Source of the DNA: TPA_inf: Saccharomyces
Lineage: Eukaryota
DNA length: 64,000 nucleotides
Reading direction: 5' to 3'
Assembly (NCBI GenBank): GCA_000146045.2
Contig: BK006946.2
Coordinates: 448,001-512,000, forward strand
How positions within the stretch are numbered: position 1 is the stretch's first letter; each line of letters begins with the position of its first letter. The notes beneath the pieces are model-generated. The model was not told the origin of the DNA, ran no database searches, and saw only the letters and a list, made by a program, of their open reading frames with translations. Positions 57,333 to 64,000 of this stretch are shown piece after piece. The position numbers were made by a program, and so were the translations under genes.

Positions 57333-59207
57333 ATGAACTCTTCCACTTCTTCAGAAAATGTGTTCATAAATTCATTTAGCTATTTGAATCAAACATCACA
57401 AGCCGTAATCTCAGGTAACTCCACTTTCGCAAATGTTATCAACTTTCCTTATAGACTTGGATTATCCTTTATTGGGGCTGTGAACTTGCAGTACGAGCAA
57501 ACCGTTAAATCTGAAGAAATTCCCCCAACTCTAAGGTCTGTTTTTGATACAATAGGGTTTTTTTTCAGCCCGTACGCCATATTTTGCTTTGTAATCGCCA
57601 TTGTCCTGAACCGGTTCGTTGTATTTTACGCCGTCCTTAACAACGGTTCCAGACGTACTTTACCGTTATGGTTGAGTAATGTTTTCCATGTATCAGCAGT
57701 AGTTGTATTAGCAATGGTATCCTTAGGTCCGCTGACCTTGGGTAAGGATTTCAAAATATTAGGCGACCCTGCTTTTGCCCAAGAAAAATTTTTACTGAAT
57801 ATATTCTACGCTTTCGCTTACTCTTATTGTGTCGAAACCATATTTACCATCATGCGGAATTCCAGCCCTTTGGAGGGCACTGACTATTCATTGTTTGAAC
57901 TTTCGATTCAGTTTTATACAATGACTAATAATAATACTAAATTTTTAGATTCTCCTGATTACATTATAGACTGTTCTATGGCTATTTTGAGCAGGATATT
58001 GATCCATTTGGTGGAGATTTTCAGGCTTAGAAATTATCGTCTACTTTTTAGTACTATTATGAACCTCTGTCATATTTGTTACTTAGGGATAAGAGTTAAG
58101 CAGGGCGGCTGGAAAAGCCTTCCATTTTCGGTGAAATTTAGGCACTTTCCAAAACTGTTTTCAGTGTCTATTATTTGCTTATCATTACTGATTTTTAAAT
58201 TATCATGCTTAATTAGATGGGATCCATTTGGAAAATCACGTAATTCTTGCGAACTTTTACAGTTTTACCCTCTCAGTAGAAATTGGAAAAAATACTTAAA
58301 TTACACGGGAGAAGAAGATTTTTCTGCTATGGCCACTAAATTCGCACTATTATTATGCTCAGGAACTGAACTAATGGAAAAGGGTATACGAAGAGAATTT
58401 CCTGCTATTAACATCCCGGATAATGTTAATGAGAAATTTTTTATTAGCGGTTATTTAAATGAACTTTCTAAACCGTATAAAGAGAACACTTCCATCAGCT
58501 TCCCAAAGAAAAATTCATCAATATTAAAGCAAAGATTTTTTTTAATGTTTCCAAAATCTATAATATGGATCATGAAGAAGCTTGTAGGCCAAGTATTCTT
58601 TGGCTTCAGAGATAACAAGGACGAGGACATCCCCGACAACGACCCATCAAAAATGTTAAAGATAACTAAAACGAACTCTCTCAATAATAGTGCCGGCCAC
58701 AAAGAAGATATTGAACTTGAACTATTGAACACATCAGATGATGAGTATTCTGAAGATTACGAGCCTTCTGAAGTTGAGTCACTGGGGGATTCTGATGAAG
58801 AAAACTTGGAAGAAGATTCACTGATTTTCAACGAAACTCGGGATGCCCTACTGGATTTATTTTCTTCCGAAGATAATGAAGTTCATACTGATTATAATTG
58901 GATCATGTCAACTAGCCGTATCCTTCAACAAAAATTACTGTCAGATAAAACTTTGACAAGGGCGTCTATCTTAGATACAAAGTTAAGTGAAGTAGATGAG
59001 ACTTTTGGTACAGAAAGTGATTTTGATCTATCTTGCGCGGTATGCAAAGTCAATGAAAGAAATACAGTATTATGGCCCTGCCGATGTTTTGCCATTTGCG
59101 AGGATTGCAGAATTTCTTTGGGTTTACGTGGGTTCAGCACTTGCGTATGTTGTAGGAGTAAAGTTCATGGGTACTGTAAGGTTCATCCTGTTTCAGATAG
59201 TAAATAA
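57333..59207 (+). CDS. ASI1: Asi1, inner-nuclear-membrane RING E3 ligase (Asi complex)
   Basis: 624-aa polytopic ORF with the C-terminal RING CAVCKVNERNTVLWPCRCFAICEDCR...CVCC. Confidence 0.88.
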   Translation: MNSSTSSENVFINSFSYLNQTSQAVISGNSTFANVINFPYRLGLSFIGAVNLQYEQTVKSEEIPPTLRSVFDTIGFFFSPYAIFCFVIAIVLNRFVVFYAVLNNGSRRTLPLWLSNVFHVSAVVVLAMVSLGPLTLGKDFKILGDPAFAQEKFLLNIFYAFAYSYCVETIFTIMRNSSPLEGTDYSLFELSIQFYTMTNNNTKFLDSPDYIIDCSMAILSRILIHLVEIFRLRNYRLLFSTIMNLCHICYLGIRVKQGGWKSLPFSVKFRHFPKLFSVSIICLSLLIFKLSCLIRWDPFGKSRNSCELLQFYPLSRNWKKYLNYTGEEDFSAMATKFALLLCSGTELMEKGIRREFPAINIPDNVNEKFFISGYLNELSKPYKENTSISFPKKNSSILKQRFFLMFPKSIIWIMKKLVGQVFFGFRDNKDEDIPDNDPSKMLKITKTNSLNNSAGHKEDIELELLNTSDDEYSEDYEPSEVESLGDSDEENLEEDSLIFNETRDALLDLFSSEDNEVHTDYNWIMSTSRILQQKLLSDKTLTRASILDTKLSEVDETFGTESDFDLSCAVCKVNERNTVLWPCRCFAICEDCRISLGLRGFSTCVCCRSKVHGYCKVHPVSDSK

Positions 59208-59370
59208 TAGTTTAAGAACTTTTGCATGGTATCTAAAAGAGGTTTTTCGTTTGGGAGCTCTAGCATTAATTACTATAGCTAGAGCTTTCTGTGTTGCACA
59301 TATAAACATCATAATAATAAATCAAGTTTTTTTTCTTTGGGAAATGTTCGAATTAAAATTGTACTTATAA
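58996..59370 (+). other. Dubious ORF YMR119W-A (124 aa) overlapping the ASI1 3' end
   Basis: Out-of-frame overlap with ASI1 and hydrophobic, low-information translation. Confidence 0.2.
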
Positions 59371-59501
59371 CATATCGTATCATTAGTATATATATAAAAG
59401 TGTCAGTGGCGATTATATCATTAGAGGAGGAAAGAATAAACTATACATCGATTTGCCGTCATTTCTGTATTTATGGCATATTGACTCTGAACTCATGCCA
59501 T

Positions 59502-61280
59502 CTAATGGTGGAACAAACGGATTGGGTTCTCTACGTAAACCAAATCGAATGAATCGGCAGCTGAAAATACAACCTTGTCCATGACAGAACCAGATGGAGC
59601 GGCAATGTATTTGACACCGGATTTAACTGCTCTGTAAACATTGTCTGGGAATGGGAAAAATGCATCCGATGACAAAGAAACGTTGGTTAATTTACTCAAC
59701 CATTCCTTTCTTTCTTCTGGAGTAAATGGTTTTGGAATCTCCTCGAACTTCGATTGGTATTCAGACAATTCTGGTTCTTCTGTTGGAATTTGGCCGGTTA
59801 CGAATAAATCGATAGCATTAGATTTTTCTGGTCTCTTGACGCCTTTAGCCCATTTAATCTCCAAAACTCTAGGGTGTTGTCTGAACCACCAATTATCAGC
59901 CTTATCACCAGCTAATCTTGTACAATGGATTCTAGATTGTTGACCTGCACCCAATCCGACAACCATACCATTTCTAGCATAACATACGGAATTAGATTGA
60001 GTATATTTAATAGCAATGGTGGCAACCGTTAAATCAATTATGGCTTGTTCAGTGAGATTTTTATTTTGAGAAACAATTTCTTTGAAAGTTGATTGATTGA
60101 TTATGGCATCGTTTCTCTTTTGTTCCAAAGTCACACCGTATACTTGTCTTCTTTCGACAGCTTCTGGAACATAGTTTGGATCAATTTGTAATATGCAGTA
60201 CTTACCTCCCTTCTTCTTGGATAGAATGGCCAACGCCTCAGGCTCATAACCTGGGGCAATAACACCATCAGAAACTTCTCTAGATATGATCTTAGCTGTT
60301 GGAACATCAACTATGTTGGAAAGAGCAATCCAATCACCAAAGGAAGACATTCTATCAGCACCACGGGCCCTAGCATAGGCACATGCCAGGGGAGATAAGT
60401 TTTCAATGTCGGCAACAAAATAAACTTGCTTTTCAACATCAGACAATGGGATACCCACAGCGGCACCAGCTGGTGATACATGCTTGAACGATGCTGCTGC
60501 TGGTAAATTCAACGAGGCGGATAATTCCTTAACCAGGGGCCAGGAATTTAGAGCATCCAACAAATTAATGTAACCTGGTGAACCACATAGGACTTTGAAA
60601 GGTAAACTGTCTTGTTGACTGACGTAAGCTTGAGCCGGCTTTTGGTGTGGATTGGCACCATAACGTAGAGTAATTTGAGCTTGACCTTCAGAGTATTGTT
60701 TCCTGAAGAAATCTGAAATTGCAGCATCATAATCGGCAGTGTGTTCGAAAGCCTTTAATGCCAATCTGTTTCTCAAATCTTGAGAGATTTCACCATTACT
60801 GGATAATTCACTTAAAAATTCGGAGTAGTCCTTTGGATCAGATAAAATAGTGACTCTAGCATGGTTCTTAGCAGCTGCTCTTAATAGAGTAACACCACCA
60901 ATATCAATTTCTTCTACTGCTTCTGGAATAGTCACACCCACCTTAGCAACAGTTTCTTTGAATGGGTATAGGTTACAAACGACATAATCGACTTTTTCAA
61001 TGTGCTGTTCCTTCAAGTCTTTCTCATCGCTATCGATGTCCCTAGCAAGGATACCACCATGAACGGCAGGATGTAAAGTTTTCACTCTACCTCCCAACAT
61101 TTCTGGGGCATGTGTGATAGCAGAAACGTCTTCGATTGGAAAACCAGCGTCACGAATCATACGAGCAGTACCACCGGAGGCGAGAATACGAACGTTCTTC
61201 TCGATGAGGCCTCTGGCTAAATCAAGTAGACCTGTCTTGTCATAGACGGATAGGATTGCGGTTTTTGTGTAATTGGCCAT
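59502..61280 (-). CDS. ADE17: Bifunctional AICAR transformylase / IMP cyclohydrolase (PurH), 592 aa
   Basis: ORF 59502-61319. Start [17 protein letters not shown] (MGS-like domain). Recognised. Confidence 0.9.
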   Translation of the reverse strand: MANYTKTAILSVYDKTGLLDLARGLIEKNVRILASGGTARMIRDAGFPIEDVSAITHAPEMLGGRVKTLHPAVHGGILARDIDSDEKDLKEQHIEKVDYVVCNLYPFKETVAKVGVTIPEAVEEIDIGGVTLLRAAAKNHARVTILSDPKDYSEFLSELSSNGEISQDLRNRLALKAFEHTADYDAAISDFFRKQYSEGQAQITLRYGANPHQKPAQAYVSQQDSLPFKVLCGSPGYINLLDALNSWPLVKELSASLNLPAAASFKHVSPAGAAVGIPLSDVEKQVYFVADIENLSPLACAYARARGADRMSSFGDWIALSNIVDVPTAKIISREVSDGVIAPGYEPEALAILSKKKGGKYCILQIDPNYVPEAVERRQVYGVTLEQKRNDAIINQSTFKEIVSQNKNLTEQAIIDLTVATIAIKYTQSNSVCYARNGMVVGLGAGQQSRIHCTRLAGDKADNWWFRQHPRVLEIKWAKGVKRPEKSNAIDLFVTGQIPTEEPELSEYQSKFEEIPKPFTPEERKEWLSKLTNVSLSSDAFFPFPDNVYRAVKSGVKYIAAPSGSVMDKVVFSAADSFDLVYVENPIRLFHH

Positions 61281-61733
61281 ATTTGATGGTGATATGTGCT
61301 TTGATGTCCAAGCTAGCAAAACTACTTCAAGGGCTATTAGTTGCTGGTAAGAAAGATTTTAGGTACTACACTAAAGGTTAAAACGAGCGTACATTTATAT
61401 ACATAGATCCGAACGTGATATGCACATCCGAATATTAACAAGTTATGAGAGGAGTCAATTCATTTCTGGGCACATCAGGGTACACACATTGTAGGGTAGG
61501 ATCTTCTTTATAAATGATAAGTTGACTTCTGCAATGACTTAGTTGGCATGATTAATATTGTTCGTTCCGCTAAGGAAAAAAGAGTCAAAAACTGCAAATT
61601 CAAATTGCGTATGCTGCCAAAGAGCGAAGAATAATAAAAAAAAAATAAGTCGAAGAAAAGGAACGATGAAGTAATCAGGTTGAAAAAATGTTCATAGTGC
61701 ATTATTATTGATCTATATACGGTTCTAACTATT

Positions 61734-62348
61734 TCATTTTCTATACCTCCATAACGACAGAGTATTTTGTCTTTTCCAGGTCTTTCTTCTGCCGGCCTTG
61801 GTGTTGTTGAATTTGTGTCCCTTGTTGATACCCCTGGATTTCTTACCGGTGGCAGTCAAGCCTCTAGCTTCACGATGCTTATGGACGGGATTGCAGATCC
61901 AGTTGTACCGAGCATCTCTTCTGATAGCCTTGTGTTGAGGATCAACCAATATAACTTCGAAGTACTTGTAAGTAGAGTCTTGGTTGACCCAGTAGGAGTT
62001 CAAGACTCTCAAGTTAGCAGCACGACGGCCAACTCTTTCTTCAGCGGTAGCTCTCAAGGATCTTTGGTATTTCAATTCATTGACACCTTGGTTAGTTGGC
62101 TTACCGTAAGTAGCACCCTTTGGAACAGGTCTCTTTCTGTTACCGCGTCTAACCCTGACACGGTAGATAACGAAACCTTGCTTGGCTTTGTAGCCTAGTC
62201 TCCTAGCCTTGTCTGGTCTAGTTGGTCTAGCGGCTCTGTGAATGACATTTTTTTGTCTGTATTCCCAGACCCTGACTCTTTGCAAGAATCTCAAAACATC
62301 AGATTGCTTCTTTCTTTCTAATTCTTCTAAATATTTGTAGGCTCCCAT
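61734..62348 (-). CDS. RPL15B: Ribosomal protein L15e (60S), 204 aa
   Basis: ORF 61734-62441. Start at [14 protein letters not shown]. Highly basic L15e sequence. Confidence 0.9.
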
Positions 62349-62700
62349 TGCTTGTGTGGTAGGTAATTTGTGACTGTCTTTACGGTAGCTTTCGCCGATT
62401 ACTATTGCCGCTAACTTCTCAAGAGTGAATGAAATTATCAATGGCTCCGGTTAATTGAAAACGTGGAAAAGTATCGAAAGGAACAAGAAAGATGTTTTCC
62501 GGGTAACGACATATGGAGCATCAAGACAGATACATCTCTACTGACTACATGTTTGTATCATCATTTGAAGAGATTGGAGAAGTATTCTAGCAATCGGTGC
62601 AAAAAATAAGAGTAAAGAAAAAAGACGTTTGTTTCCTTAAAGGAGCTGGAGGAGCCTGTTTTGGATAGCGGCGTAGTCGCTTTATTAATTTGGTTATACT

Positions 62701-63075
62701 TTAAACGCAAAGATGGCAGTACGAAACCAGCAATGCAGTGATTATATATTCCCTACTAAGGAAAGTTGCGCATCCAATGGGAAACATTTTCCTGATCTGT
62801 ACCTTTGGCAACCTGAATATGCGGTTGGCTGGCAAATAAGGTAGCGTGGAGGCGGTGTTTTTGCCACAAACCAGTACGCCCAATCTATCCCTGCGAGCCA
62901 CCGTAATGATGCAAATTGCAGTAAAGCAGCGCTTAGCCTCCAGCCGAAATTTACTTCCGTCGAATGCACGTTGGCCAGAATGTCTCTCGTCCCCCTTGTG
63001 CTGCGCAAATAACAACGCGTTGGTGCGTTCTGGAACGCGAAGATTGCGAAACACGCCTCCGAACTGACGTAGCAT
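62701..63075 (-). other. YMR122C, uncharacterised or dubious ORF (124 aa) within a GC-rich island
   Basis: The island is open on both strands with several overlapping ORFs. Arg-rich, un-yeast-like translation. Confidence 0.3.
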
Positions 63076-63314
63076 AGAGTCTTTCACAGTATTGCCTAAT
63101 GCGGAAATCACATTGCCATATTGGTGAAAAATACAATGGCTAGTTTGATCTATTTTTGGGTTATGGTGTCTCGAGCGTAAAAAGTGAAAAAAAAGTATAT
63201 AAACGATCTGAATTTAAGGCAGAATTCTGTTTGCCGCTCTCAGAATGTACTGTTAATTACTGAGGTCTCCATCAAACACAAACCCCAACCTAATCGCAAA
63301 TAACCTGAATAAAA

Positions 63315-63569
63315 ATGGCCAGCAGTACTTCCACTTCCGCTTCCGCTTCCTCCTCCATCAAAACTAACAGTGCCTTAGTTTCCAACAATGTCGTTGCCGC
63401 CTCTTCCGTCTCTGCTACTTCTACTGCTAGTTCCAGTGCCGCTAAGAACACTACTTCCAGTTCAAAGAACGCTGCTCCAGGCATGGTTGCAAACCCTGTT
63501 TCCTCGAAGTACGGTATCATCATGGCCGCATTTGCTGCTGTTTCTTTCGTCCTAGGCACCGGTATTTAA
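63315..63569 (+). CDS. YMR122W-A, small Ser/Ala/Thr-rich protein with C-terminal hydrophobic segment (84 aa)
   Basis: ORF MASSTSTSASASSSIKTN...GIIMAAFAAVSFVLGTGI. Looks like a GPI- or TM-anchored mucin-like cell-surface protein. Recognised as YMR122W-A. Confidence 0.75.
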   Translation: MASSTSTSASASSSIKTNSALVSNNVVAASSVSATSTASSSAAKNTTSSSKNAAPGMVANPVSSKYGIIMAAFAAVSFVLGTGI

Positions 63570-64000
63570 GAAGTTTCTAAAAGCCTTTTTTTTTCCTTCT
63601 GCTTATTGTACTATCAAAGGGAACGATTGATTAACAGAAAAATTACATAAAAATCATATCATAATGGACTCGCGGTTGACGCCTAGTTAAACCAATGAAG
63701 AGGTGGGCGAACTTGTGGGAGTTATATATATTTAGGCCAATTGGGCCATTGCATGTTTCCTATAATATATTTTAATATAAAAATTTATTTATTAATACAG
63801 CAACTCATTAGATTAATCGAGTGGTGGTAAGGCTTTTTTTGCTCGCAATGCGAGCACGTGACAGAAAGTGAGAATGAACGTCTGACATTGCTAGTGTCAC
63901 GTTCAGAAAACGAGAAGACGGGTAAAACAAAAATATTGATGATTGTTGGTTAGCAATATCAAATTCATTGAAGGAGGTCACAACCGCGAGAGAAAGTAAG

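Overview
Every region that translates to a protein I recognise is a known yeast gene, so I read this window as nuclear DNA of Saccharomyces cerevisiae, most likely the right arm of chromosome XIII (YTA12/YMR089C through YMR122W-A). The identification rests on my recall of the protein sequences and gene order, with no database search, so it should be treated as confident but unverified. All of these ORFs are intact at their expected lengths; for 15 of them the true start is an internal Met of the tracked ORF, as listed below.

Genes called, in order: YTA12 (5' end only), YMR090W, NPL6, AIP1, UTP15, CTF13, SNO1, SNZ1, MTG1, ATP25, tRNA-Asp, YMR099C, MUB1, SRT1, YMR102C, YMR103C (dubious), YPK2, PGM2, YMR105W-A, YKU80, tRNA-Lys, SPG4, ILV2, MYO5, HFD1, EUC1, MED11, FOL3, YMR114C, MGR3, ASC1 (two exons, with snoRNA snR24 in its intron), SPC24, SHH3, tRNA-Leu(CAA) (with intron), ASI1, ADE17, RPL15B, YMR122C (doubtful) and YMR122W-A.

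All three tRNA genes sit next to Ty LTR remnants: a solo delta at tRNA-Asp, an inverted delta pair at tRNA-Lys, and a delta fragment, a tau element and a full delta at tRNA-Leu. I also marked several plausible regulatory motifs (Gcn4 sites, a Leu3 site, STREs, RRPEs).

I found no convincing evidence of a novel multi-gene system. Nothing here is prokaryotic-like: no CRISPR arrays and no operons. The observations most worth a second look are:
- two GC-rich non-coding islands, at the YMR103C and YMR122C loci, that are open on both strands with un-yeast-like composition;
- a GC-rich inverted repeat upstream of SPG4;
- an 87-codon ORF beside tRNA-Lys that I cannot place;
- the layered LTR arrays at the tRNA genes.
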